Below, piece by piece: positions 49,127-60,839 of a stretch of DNA of 64,000 nt (position 1 is its first letter; each line of letters begins with the position of its first letter). Source of the stretch: Paramoeba atlantica (taxonomy: Eukaryota > Protista > Discosea). The position numbers and the translations under genes are program-made. The stretch spans positions 4,323 through 68,322 of the forward strand of contig CDRNVI010000193.1 in NCBI GenBank assembly GCA_977017575.1, read 5' to 3'. Below the pieces are notes generated by a model. That model searched no databases. It was given only the letters and a program-made list of their open reading frames with translations, and was not told the DNA's origin.

Positions 49127-49972
49127 TTTTTTTTTTTAAGGTTCAGACACCAGGTGCCATTTATTAGAGTTAAAAAACCATCTCTAGGATGGAAAAGAGG
49201 GGGGAAGAAAGGGGGGGGGGAGGGAAGATAAATTAAGAGTTAGATCCAAAGATCTCTTCAGCATGGGATGCATTGGAGTTTCTTTACCAACTTTAGTTCT
49301 CACTAAGGGGTCTATGTTTGATTGTTCACCTTCTAAAACCAGGGAGTGAATTCGGTTTGGAGGTTTCTATGAAGTTAATTACATTCCTTCGAAAATCTTC
49401 CTCAATAAAGCTCCTCACCAGATTGCTCTCTTGGGACTGATGGAACCATCCTTGGATATCTTTAGTAATTATTACAGGGAGAATTAGAGCATTCTCAAGA
49501 GCAGTTTGGGCCAGAAACAAAACATGGGGGGTTGTCACTGTGTTTCCTTGGAATTTCCTTACAAAATTCCCTGGGGGGATGGGGAAAGTCCAGTCACAGG
49601 TGAGGGGGGAATTGATCCAGTTCCACAGGGTTGAATTCAAAATAATCCACTCTTCACTGGTTTCTGCAACATGTTGTGATCTTGGATCCCAATGATGGTC
49701 ATTCACAGCACATGTTCCATCCTCTTTAGACCAACTTGCAGCAGTTGCAATTGCATCAGCTTGCTTGTTAAGTTCTCGGGGTACATGGATGAATTCTATC
49801 TCGTCAAAGCACATTGCTAACTTACAGATTTCACAAAGTAGTTCATTCAAGGCATAGTTTTTGATGGCATGGGTTTTGGGTGCAGCCTTGGTGAGAATCA
49901 TACAATCCCCGACAACTTCAATCTCATTTGTCATTGATCTGGCACATTGCATTCCTTTCAAACAGCCTGTAA
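49127..49972 (-). mobile_element. LINE-B 5'-truncated copy inside the copia-2 5' LTR
   Basis: TSD aaaaaagagaagaagga at 49110-49126 and 49973-49989; RNase H end, 3' UTR and T-run. Confidence 0.92.
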
Positions 49973-50114
49973 AAAAAAGAGAAGAAGGAAAAGAGAGGGA
50001 AGAGAGAGAGTGTCAATCGGGGAGAATAGGGAGAGAGAGATCAGTTGTTTGGCAGAAGAGGGAGTGAGAATGGCTCCAAATGGAAAACACAAGAGCTGAC
50101 AGGATTGTAACACA

Positions 50115-51002
50115 CAGGGGTGAGCTCAAGCTGCACTTGCAATTGTGGCATTTTTTAGGGTTGAAGTGACTTCAGATATTCCTTTTGAGCCTTTAAAAAA
50201 AAAATCTAACATCATATCCATGTGTTCACTCTTGTGGTCTCTCTTTTAATTTGTTTGTTTTTTGGTTGAATGAGGATGGTGAAGGTTGAAGAAATGGAAC
50301 AAAAAAGAAAAGGAAAAAGGAAAAAAAGTGTGTATTTGTTATTCTTTTGATGATTGGATTGTTTAATTTGAAAGAAAAGGTTGTGTGTTGAAGTTGAAGA
50401 TGATGATGCTGTGGAAGGAAAAAAAAGAACCTGTTTTGTTGATTGATCCAAACAGAAAGAGATTTCTTATTGTAAATTCATTTGATGATAAAAAAGTGAA
50501 AAGAGAAACAAATTCTTTTTTTTTTCTTCAAAAAACACCTCAAAACTCACTCTCAAACACTCTTTTCAACCTTTCTTTCAGTTCCAGAGAGGAAAAACAA
50601 AACAAAAAACCAGTGGCAGTAGTCAAAAAAAAAACACAAAAAAAAAGCACTTTTTTTTTCAACAGTCGATTTTTTTTTGTTTTTTTTCAACCATCAAAAT
50701 TATTTTTTCAACAATCAAAATCTTTGTTGTTTTTTTTCAACCTTTGAAGTTATTTTTTCAATAGTTGAAATTTTGATTGACTTTTTTCAACTGTCAAAGT
50801 TATTTTTTCAACAGTTAATGTTTTTCTTGGTTTTTTTTGACAGTCAAAAGTTTGGACAATGGAAAAAAGTCAAGTTGAGGCTGTTTGTGAGCTGAGGTGG
50901 GCAATAACATCAGCTAACTTTCAGGGTGTTGAAACCTCTCCAGCAGTCCTATTCAAACCCACAAATCACCCCAACTGCAAGTGCAGCTTGAGCCCACCCC
51001 TG
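50115..51002. mobile_element. Non-autonomous DNA transposon (MITE-like) with 27-bp TIRs
   Basis: CAGGGGTGAGCTCAAGCTGCACTTGCA (50115-50141) vs the inverted copy at 50976-51002, one mismatch; internal repeats of TTTTTTCAAC at 50650-50815. No TSD found. Confidence 0.75.
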
Positions 51003-51006
51003 TGTG

Positions 51007-51534
51007 AGTGGATTATTGTTAATTCAACCCTGTAAAACTGGATCAATTCCCCTCTCACCCATGACTGGACTTTCCCCATCCCCCCAGGAAATTTTGTAAA
51101 GAAATTCCAAGGAAACACAGTGACAACCCCCCATGTCTTGTTTCCAGTCCAAACTGCTCTTGAAAATGCTCTAATCCTCCCTGTAATAATTACTAAAGAT
51201 ATCCAAGGATGGTTCCATCAGTCCCAAGAGAGCAATCAGATGAGGAACTTTATTGAGAAAGATTTTCAAAGAAATGTAATTAACTTTATTGAAAACTCCA
51301 AACTGAATTCACTCCCTGCTTTTAGAAGGCAAACAATCAAATGCAGACCTCTTAGTGAGAACTAAAGTTGGTAAAGGAACTCCAATGCATGCCATGCTGA
51401 AAAGATCATTGGATCTGACTTTTAATTTATCTCCCCTTCCCCCCCTTTTTTCTTTTCCCCCCTTTTCCATCCTAGCAATGGTTTTTTAACTCCAATAAAT
51501 GGCATCTGGTGTCTGAACTTTAAAAAAAAAAAAA
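51007..51534 (+). mobile_element. LINE-B 3' fragment with poly(A)
   Basis: Matches 25405-25933. Confidence 0.9.
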
Positions 51535-53026
51535 GAGATTGGGAATTGACTTGGAGGAGATCAAGAGTCAGATCAAACAAATAGAGTAGAGAGCCAAGTG
51601 TCTTCAGAGTAGCACACATTGTGCAACAGAGAAATCAATGACTCCTTGATAAAGACATCTATGCCTTTTTGATTTACTAAATAAAGGAGAATGAGAGCTG
51701 ATGTGGAACTGTCAAATTCTGAAATGATCCAACATTCACTTTTCAAATTCTCAAATTGCACAACAACATTTTGATTGCTTTTATTATTCACTGTAAAATC
51801 TATCATTTTACATTTGGAGGCTTCAATGGGAAGGGATAAAGATAAGAAACAAGAAGGAGGGACCCCTGGTAAGACGAAAAAGTAGCCTAAGAAACATCTT
51901 GGAATGTCTAAGCTAAGTCCTCCTTCTCTTGGTGAAACTCCTAGTGCTGAAAGTGATTCCCCTCTTGATTCTAGTACCCCCTCTTCCCTTCATTCTGATC
52001 CTTCTGGTCTTTCCAATTCCTCAGAAATGCAACTAGTAGTCATAAATGGCGCCCTCTACCAGCAAAAGGTCAATGACAAAGGCAAAATTGAATTGATTCC
52101 CCTGCCCAAAGTTGTGGTTGCTGCTTTGAATGTGGGTGTGAGATGAACTCTGAGCCAAGAACTTGATCAAAGCATCTCTTCATCTTCAACAACACAAAAC
52201 CATTGTTTGGGAAAAGATGCTTTGATACTGATACCAGACGAGAAATTCTTTGTGGCTGACAAAGCTCTCCAACAATCAATTGAAAGAGTGATCAATGGCC
52301 TCTCAAAGAATCTAACCAAAACAGAAAAGCTTGATGCTCTTTATCAAGTTTGGAAAACCAATGGATGGTCAAATAATGAACTTGCTGTAACCCTTGCATG
52401 ACCCAAGTTGATAGCATTTGGACTTGATGTCATTGGTCATCCTCAAACCTTCCAGAAGTTGGTTTTTGATCTCTGTATGGCTTCAAGTCACATTTACAAA
52501 CCCCTTGATACTGATACAAGTGCTTTTTACTTGTACAAGTTTGATATCTCTGAGGATTTCATGACTCATACAATGAAGTTCTTGAACATTGCTGTCAAGG
52601 AAAAGGGGAGTGAGGACACCCAACTTGAAGAAGTTAAAGACATTTTCAAAGCCCAAGTACAAGATTCTTTGTACCATCAGGCATGGGAGGGAGCAAAAGC
52701 TACAGCTAAAGGAGGTGACATGCTTTCTATTGCTCTGACTGTCCAGTACCAAAAGGACTACCCAACAAAACAACTCACTGATAAGACCCAAAACTCCCTT
52801 TCATTAGCCTTGAACCCTAATGGACAAGAGCTGAAAGAGGTGAGAAAGAGGGCACAGGAGTTGCAATGCTGAGCCTGTGAAGACTTTGGTCATGTACCCA
52901 AAAATTGTCCTTTGGTGAAAGAAGCAATGCAAAAAGGGTTGAAATATTGCTGCCATTGTGGTAATCAAGACACCCACATTACACAACACTGCAAAGTAAC
53001 CAGAAAAAGGAAAAGAGGGTTGAAAG

Positions 53027-53408
53027 CCCAGGGGGGTGAGTTCAAATCCCAGTTTTTTGATATTATAGAAAATTTTTCTGGTGCTGTAGAGTGATTTGAT
53101 TGGAGTGAGGAGCTCTTGAAGAAGTGTGAAAATCAGAACAGGTTACATCTCAGCCCTGTCTGCTAAAAAGTTGAGGATAAATTCCCTTGGAAGGAGCTTT
53201 GGATTATTCTCCCTTCTGATGTGCATCCTCCAGCCTGAACTTGCAGAAGTTCTAAAGTTCAGCATAAAGACTGACTGAACTAAGCTGAAGTTTAAAACTT
53301 CACCTCTCATTAGAGGTTAAAAACAAACATAATTTAATGTAATTCAAATGGCTTAAATTAAGAACTACTAATTGAATAAAGTCTGCCTCAAAAAGAAAAA
53401 AAAAAAAA
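53027..53408 (+). mobile_element. SINE-1, 5'-truncated copy in the gypsy-3 gag/protease junction
   Basis: Starts just before the B-box-like motif and ends AATAAAGTCTGCCTC plus poly(A); no clear TSD. Confidence 0.9.
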
Positions 53409-55810
53409 TTCAGAACCCATCCACATCCTCTCTTTAAGTCAAATTGAACAAAAAGGAGAAGAAAGCTGTGATGTCAGGGGATCTCTAGAATTTGAGTCGA
53501 AAATAGGTAATCTAAATTCAACAACATGCCTCAACACAGGATTTGGAATTAATGCAATCAATTTACAACAATTAAAAAGACCTGATATTCAAATAATAAG
53601 AAGAAGAAAAATCCATACTTTAAAAGTCACAGTTGGAAATTCTTCCAAAGTTGTTGTAAATGAAGAAGTTTTACTGAAAGTAAAATTCTCACATTTTGAA
53701 GCTAATTTATGGTTCTTCATATTCGACCACCTTCCTGTCCAAATGTTGATAGGCTGGCCAGCTATGAAAAGACTAAAACTTGGAATGGATGTGTTCAGGC
53801 AAAGCCAAAAGAAAATAATCTTCAAATGAATGAACTTAGTCTGGACTTGGAACTTCTTGATGACAGAAGGAACCAGAGAAGTAAAACCCTGGTCACAACA
53901 GCAGTAACCAGTGGCATTCCCCCAAGATCAGCTGTGATAGTGCCACTCACAGCAAGTCTCATCACTGGAATGTTTTTTCTTTCCAAGAGATAGTGGAAAA
54001 GGCAAATTAATTGCTCCACAAGGTTTTATCTCAATTACCCAAAAAGAAAGACCTGGAAGAAAGAAAAACATCTATCAATCAAACATATTGGTAATTAATC
54101 CAACAAACAAATATGTAAAACTTAAAAAAGGATGGGAACTTGGTTTCATACATGAGATTAACAATGATGATGTTGAACAAACAGAACTTCTTCAAATATC
54201 AAATTGTTTGCTCCTTGATCTTCAAGATATTCAACCTGTAAAAAAGGTGAATACAAAAGAACAAGATCAAAAATCAAAAGAAAAGAAACCATTTAATTCA
54301 AAAGTGGGAGCAAACTATTTTAAAGCTCTCAACAGCCCTTGGCTTGATGCTTGGGTTGCTAAAGAAAATAAGATGTTGTTTCTTAAAGAGGGACAAAAAC
54401 GCAAATTTTCAGAAAATTTTGCAAAAAAAATCTCTCCAATTCAAAGTCAAAAACAACCCAAAATAAATTCAACAATGGAAACAAATGCTTTTGACAAATC
54501 AAAGATAAATCAAGTTTTTGCTCTCCTTGCAAATCCAGAAAATGAACCACCAGATTTTGGTGAAGAAAATCAAATGAAATCTGAATTAAAAGAAGCATAT
54601 GAGACATTTCAAATCAATGCTACAAACTTGAATTCTCAACAACAAATTAAATTAGCAGAATTGCTAACTGAATTTAAAGACCTTTGGGATGAACAAAAAA
54701 GAAAAGATCCATTGACTCAAACAACAGCAACAGAGCATAAGATCAAAACTGATGCAACTGCTAAACTGGTTCACACAGTTCCTCGAAAAACAACTCCTGC
54801 TGAAGATTACATTATTTGGAAACATATTGATAAAATGGTGAAAAGAAAAGTAATTCAACCTTCAACCTCACCATGGGCTTCACCAATTCTATTGGCAGAC
54901 AAAAAGAATGGATGCATATCCTCTTCCAAGAATGGATACAATTCTTGGAGCCCTTGGCAATTCCTCATATTTCTCATCAATTGATCTGATGGATGTCTTT
55001 TGGTCAATTCCAATCCAACAACAAGATGTTGAAAAAACAGCTTTTACAAGCAAATATGGACTTTGGGAATTTCTCTCAATGCCATTTGGATTGTGTAATG
55101 CTCCAGCAACACAACAATGTTATATTGAAGCTGTATTGAATGAACTCATATGGAGATGCTGTTTTGCATAAGTCAATGATATTATCTGTTTCAGCAATTC
55201 CTTTGAAAAACATTTAGAAGACTTGAGGGATATACTAGGAAGACTAAAGGAACATAATTTAATTTTACAACCTTTAAAATATTCTTTCTGTAAACCAACT
55301 TTTGAAATACTTGGCTTTGTTGCTACAAAGGATGGTTTATCACCAAATCCAAAAAAGGTTAAAGCAATCCAAAATTATTCCCTTCTAAAATCACCAAAGG
55401 AGGTTGAGATATTTATAGGAATGGTTACTTGGTTGAAAAGATTCATACCAAACCTCTTCAAATTAACTTTTCATCTAAGAAAAGCAAAAACATTAAAAGA
55501 ATCAAGATTTTTCCTATCAGAAAAAGCTGAAGAAGAATTTCAAATACTGAAAGACATACTCAAAAAAGAAACCTGTGTAGCACATCCAGATCTCTCAAAA
55601 AGATTCTTCATCCATGTTGATGCTAGTTCTTGAGGTCTTGGAGCTATCCTAACACAATTAAATGACAAAAGTTATCACAGAGTAATTGAGTATGCTTCAA
55701 AGGCATTAACACTGACTCAATAAAAATATACTAATCCTGTCAAAGAAGAATTAAGAATTATTTGAGCTTTAAAAAACTTTAAGTATTATGTTCATGGAAG
55801 AGAACTGATT

Positions 55811-56184
55811 TTTTTTTAAAGTTCAAACACCAGGTGCCATTTATTAGAGTTAAAAAACCATCTCTAGGATGGAAAAGAGGGGGGAAGAAAGGGGGGGGGA
55901 AGGGGAGATAAATTAAGAGTTAGATTCAAAGATCTCTTCAGCATGGAATGCATTGAAGTTTCTTTACCAACTTTAGTTCTCACTAAGGGGTCTGCATTTG
56001 ATTGTTTGCCTTCTAAAACCAGGGAGTGAATTCAGTTTGGAGGTTTCTATGAAGTTAATTACATTCCTTTGAAAATCTTTTTTGATAAAGCTCCTCATCA
56101 GATTGCTCTCTTGGGACTGATGGAACCATCCTTGGATATCTTTTGTAATTATTACAGGGAGGATTAGAGCATTTTCAAGAGACA
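55811..56184 (-). mobile_element. LINE-B short 3' copy in gypsy-3 RNase H
   Basis: TSD gaagagaactgatt at 55797-55810 and 56185-56198; removal restores HGRELIVVCDCQAL. Confidence 0.92.
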
Positions 56185-58202
56185 GAAGAGAACTGATTGT
56201 AGTTTGTGATTGTCAAGCTCTGTGCTCGGTCTTTTCAAGAACTGGAACAAAAATCCCTGAACATGCAATGTTGCATGATTGGGTTGCCTGAACATTAGAA
56301 TATAATCCTCTTGTCATACATAAACCTGGAAAACTGATGGCTATTCCAGATGTGTTGAGTAGGCACTTTGTTGGATACAAAGACAACAAAGATGAAAAGA
56401 AAGATTATATGACAAATTGTTTTGAAAAAAATAATTGACCTCATGCTAGATGAAATGTCAAAAAGCAGAGCAATGTTGAGACAAAAAGATATCCTTGAAA
56501 AAATAGAGGCAATTGATTCTTCACCAAACCAAACATTTGATCTTCTTGAGGTCAGAATGCTTTGGCAAAAAGGTAAAGAACTTTTTCAAGGGGAGGACAC
56601 CATAGAGGTTAATGGAGACACCATAGATTGTCTTCTTGTTCCACTTCCTTTCTTGGCTCAAGCCCAAAGATATGACAAGTTTTGCTCAAAAATCATCAAC
56701 TACCTTTATGGGATACTTCCAAAACACCAGTCAGAACTTAGAATGCTGCAAAGACAAGCATTCAAATACTGGATCAATGCAAATGGTATTTTAAGAAAGA
56801 TTGATGAATCAGCTCCAGCCAAGACCAGACCTCCTGCTGTATTACCTTGAGCACTTTGGGATGATGTCCTAAAGGCCTATCATGACTCTCTTGTCTCTGG
56901 ACATCAGAAGTATGAATATCTCTATCAAGCAATTGCTGCTTCTTATTATTTTCCAGATATGTCCTTTTATATTAAAGGCTATTGTCATCAATGCTTGAAT
57001 TGTGCAATCAATTCAAAAGGAAAGACCTTGACATTCAAATTGAACCCATATATAGCTTCATACCCTGGAGTCACTGTCCACCTTGATTGTACAAAAGGCC
57101 CAAAGACTTCAGCCAGGGGAAATACTCATTTATTGGCAATTGTGAATAACTTTTCTGGATATCTGAGGTTATATCCAATCCCTCAGCCCACTGCAAAGGA
57201 TGCCACTGGAGCTTTATTGCAGTACATTTGTGTAAATTCAATGCCATTGAAGATTGTTACTGACAATGGACCTAAATTTGCAAATGAACTCTTTACTAAA
57301 TTATCTAATTTGATAGGATTGAAACAAACCACAATTTCTCCTTATAACTCTAAGAGCAATGGTTGAGTAAAATGGACACACAAAGTCACCAAGTCAATCC
57401 TACAAGTCTATGTGGACAAATTTAGAGATGATTGGGATTTATTAGTGCCTTTAGTTGAGTTTGCCTTCAATACCTTTCAATCTTCATCAACCACATATAT
57501 GCCCTTTCAAGTACATTTTGGACAACCACCAATTATGCCTCTTGATATGATGTATGGGTTAGTCTATCAGCCATATGTGACCAGAGATGAATATGTAAGC
57601 AAACTCCAAACTGACCAAGATAAAGTCATTGAGTGGGTTCAAGCTGAACAATTGCAAGTTGCTGAAAGTCAATCTGAACTCTATAATCGAACTCATAAGT
57701 CAAGGATCACACAACTTGAAATTGGTGACTATGTATTGTTAAGAAAATTCAGAACAACTACAGATGAAGCTGATCTTGGAAAGAAATATTGAACCTTATT
57801 CCATCAAAAAGTGTATATGGTTGTGGGAGATTATGAGAATGGAAGTTATACATTACAAAATCTATCCTGAAAAGATCCTCCATTCAAAGCAAACATCTCA
57901 ATTATCAACTGTTCCAACTGGTCAACCTGCTAATGAGTCTACTCCTTCTTCCCCTCCTTCATCTTCAGAAATATCTGAGGAGCTGAGGTTCTCATCGTGT
58001 GGGAGGATGCAACAGAGAAATCAACGACTCCTTGATAAAGACATTTATGCCTTTTTGATTTACTAAATAAAGGAGAATGAGAGCTGACGTGGAATTGCCA
58101 AATTCTGAAACAGTCCAATGTTCACTTTTCAAATTCTCAAATTGCACAACAACATTTTGATTGCTTTTATTATTCACTGTAAAATCTATCATTTTACAAT
58201 TG

Positions 58203-58610
58203 CTTGTGTGCAGTTCCTCAACAGCTACAATCATTCTCCATAACTTCCTTCAAGAGTGTTTTAGTGAATGGAACAGAAGCATTGAAGGTGGGTTCTTCCC
58301 CTGATTGACTGAATTTGAAGAAGAATAAATTAATTTATATTCTTTTTTGTCAAATCAATGGAATTTCTGATCTTTGATTTGAAGTTCAACCACATGCATT
58401 CACAATTTTGTTTACTCTACCAGTTCCTTACTCTAATGAGATTAAGAATATTGATAGTTTATGATATGAAAATCTGGAAAATCTTCTTGAATCAGGTGAG
58501 AAATATTGGATTTATCCATTACCTTCTTTTGTTCAACTGATTCAACTAATTTTCTTAACTTTGCTGCTCCTATAATGGAGAGGTCCTCTGGAGTGGGGCT
58601 TCACTTTTAA
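58203..58610 (-). pseudogene. Decayed coding-like sequence of unknown identity (continues at 51540-51621), target of gypsy-3
   Basis: Protein-like manual translation with stops (SPTPEDLSIIGAAKLRKLVESVEQKKVMDKSNISHLIQEDF...) that continues across the attg TSD. Confidence 0.3.
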
Positions 58611-58747
58611 GTTTCAAAAATAAACTTTTCTTTGTTTTTTTATTTTTGAAAGATTTTTTTGGAAAAGCTGAACTATTGTACATCTCTATTTAAAAAGTAA
58701 AAAAAAAAATTAAAAATAGTGAAATTTTTAAATCAAAAAAAAAATTA

Positions 58748-58900
58748 AAGAGCTTGTGGGGCTTAGAAATCTTATAAGTTTCCTACTAAGATATTCAATA
58801 AGATTCTCAATCTGATTTTTCATTTTATTAAACTCTAATAAGAATCTTATTGAAATCTTATTAAGTAATTTTAAAAGATTTTTAAGCCTCACAAGCTCTT
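58748..58900. repeat. ~150-bp foldback (long imperfect palindrome)
   Basis: AAGAGCTTGTGGGGCTTAGAAATCTT pairs with AAGATTTTTAAGCCTCACAAGCTCTT; inner arms AAGATATTCAATAAGATTCT / AGAATCTTATTGAAATCTT. Confidence 0.75.
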
Positions 58901-59059
58901 TTTTTGAAAAGTTTTTTATGATAAGCTTGTTCAAAAGAAAATTTAAAAACAAAGTAATAACAACTGATAAAGTTTATTTTCTCATTCAGTTTACTCTTGT
59001 CTTTCCTTAAATGATATTGTAAAATAGTTTTCTAATATGATATTGAACTGAGATGCTAA

Positions 59060-59250
59060 AATCATTTGTTGAAGGTGAGAGATAGAAAAGAAGGGAAGAG
59101 CTGGAACAAGCAAATCAATGGTTGAGAAGTGCAATGAAACCTCCTATCCAAAGGAAGATTATCAGACCTATAAGTGAAGTGAGAAAAAAAAAATAATGAA
59201 AGAAATTAAAAAGAGAAATATAAAGAAACAATAAAGCTTTGAGGTTCCAC
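59060..59250 (+). mobile_element. Old LINE-A-like ORF2 C-terminal remnant
   Basis: tggttgagaagtgcaatgaaacctcctatccaaaggaagattatcagacctata aligns with 48438-48493. Confidence 0.7.
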
Positions 59251-60839
59251 AAAAAGAAAAATAAATGAAATGTAAGTCTATGAGAGATCAAGTGAAAACC
59301 AGGTTTTCTTTGATAAAAGCAACAAGCTCTGAGTGATACTAGAAGTGGAGTGAGGTGGGATGAACAGAGAACTGCAACATCACAAAATCACCAAATATTT
59401 TTGGAATGGAGGAGGGTTGTGGTTGCTCATGAACACTGGTGGCACCAGTGAAGAATCCTTTGGGGAGGAAAAAGGGTCTTTGAAGAGCCAAAGCTGGTTG
59501 AGCTCACACATGAATCAAAATCAAAAATCCTAAGATGTTTATGCAATGTAGAACCCAAACCTTTGATTTTTTGAAAGTTTATTTGATCAATACCCCTCAT
59601 GTAAGCTGCTTGTTTTCTCAAAGTGTGGGTGAGGATCACATTTGAAAATCTAATTGTTTGCATCCACCATATTCCTCCTCTTCTTCCTCTCCTTTCTCTT
59701 ATGTCCCCTAAAATGAAAAAATGAAGAAGGGAGACAATTATTATTGATAATTTGCCTCAACCACCAAGATGTGTTGAATGCCATCAAGAGCACCCAGTGG
59801 TGATGGATAGCTCTTCTCTCCCCACACATGCAGAAATGTCACAAAGAACAAAGTTCTGGAGATTGCATATTGTGGTTAAAAGAAGGCAACATGCAATACC
59901 CCTCTGAGAGTATGGAAAACAGTAGATGTACCATGATTCCAAGGTGTTCACAAAGAAAGGAAGGAGGCTTGAGATTCTGGTGTTTGTTAAAATCTGGGCA
60001 CACTCAGGCTGAATACAAGCAAATAACAAAACCTTTTCTTTCAAGGGGTGTAGATTGTGCCAGGTTAGTGTCAGCAATTGTGAGGAATTAATCAAGACTC
60101 AAAGAAGTCCAGAAAGGAAAGTTGAAAGGGGAACTGGGGATTTCCAGTGCCTGGAAAATAGAGTTTGAATAGAGAAGCAATTTTGGGAGGCAATTTTGGA
60201 TGGGATGAAAGAGCTGCTGAGGAATTTATTGGTTTTCTTGAGAGACAGCAAGAGGATCAAGTGAGGCAAGTACACTACTTATTTGAAGTGATCAACAATG
60301 TGAAATGAATCCTAAATGGTCTTGTTGAGGCCAGCAGCTTGATTATTCAGAAAGAATAAAATACAACAATTGTTTGTGATTTGGACCACTTCTTTGCCAC
60401 TTCAAAACAACAAAATGAACATGTTTCACACTCAGGACAACTGAGATTATATAATTATATAAAAACCACTCAGCACACTTTCAGGGGTCAGTTCAACACA
60501 CTCACAAAGCATCACCTCAATTGCAAGTACCTTTTCTCCACCCTTGTGTTCATAAAGGATCAATCTCTCAACACATAATTGTTTCTCAAAAAAAAAAGCT
60601 GATTGACATTTTTCTTTATTTGGACTTGATTCAGGCAAAAAGTTCTGGACTTGTGCCCCATTGCAATACTTTGTTTCAATTTAAGAAAACTTAAATCTCT
60701 TAAATTCAAAGTTCATTATTTCTACAAAAATTCACATAACAAAGAAAGAGAAAAGTTTTTGACTTATAAAATTAAACAATTATCTGCTTCTATTCTCAAA
60801 ATCAGAAAAAAGATTGTCCAAAAAAAAATCAAAAAAAAA

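Larger units (their letters stand above)
36253..50114 (-). mobile_element. Copia-2: Ty1/copia LTR retrotransposon; 5' LTR 48714-50114 (split by a LINE-B tail), internal region 36442-41709, truncated 3' LTR 36253-36441
   Basis: The LTR starts TGTGTT at both 50114 and 36441 and ends CCACACA; PPT ggggaggg. gag CFNCGLGHHMARKC, PR IIDSGCT, IN LHIDL, RT GDVPGAYL/LNKALYG, RNase H YADSSNAD/SSCEAEY. Confidence 0.9.
51622..58198 (+). mobile_element. Gypsy-3: Ty3/gypsy LTR retrotransposon related to gypsy-2
   Basis: 191-bp LTRs at 51622-51812 and 58008-58198; 4-bp TSD attg; PBS TGGAGGCTTC at 51815; PPT gggagga. Knuckles, CLNTG protease, WASPILL, MPFGL, HLDCTKG, VTDNG. Confidence 0.93.

Noticed and set aside
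51573-51806. Duplicated small gene (same peptide at 57992-58234)
   Set aside because: Antisense translation of the two gypsy-3 LTRs.
53015-53420. TSD around the SINE-1 copy in gypsy-3
   Set aside because: Only a weak resemblance (ttgaaagccca vs ttcagaaccca), partly inside the SINE itself.
3684-57900. Reassigned genetic code or programmed TGA readthrough, suggested by many in-frame TGA stops
   Set aside because: The stops align with Arg (CGA) or Gln codons in paralogous copies (e.g. 42570 vs the minus-strand copy) and differ between copies; the host exons need no recoding.
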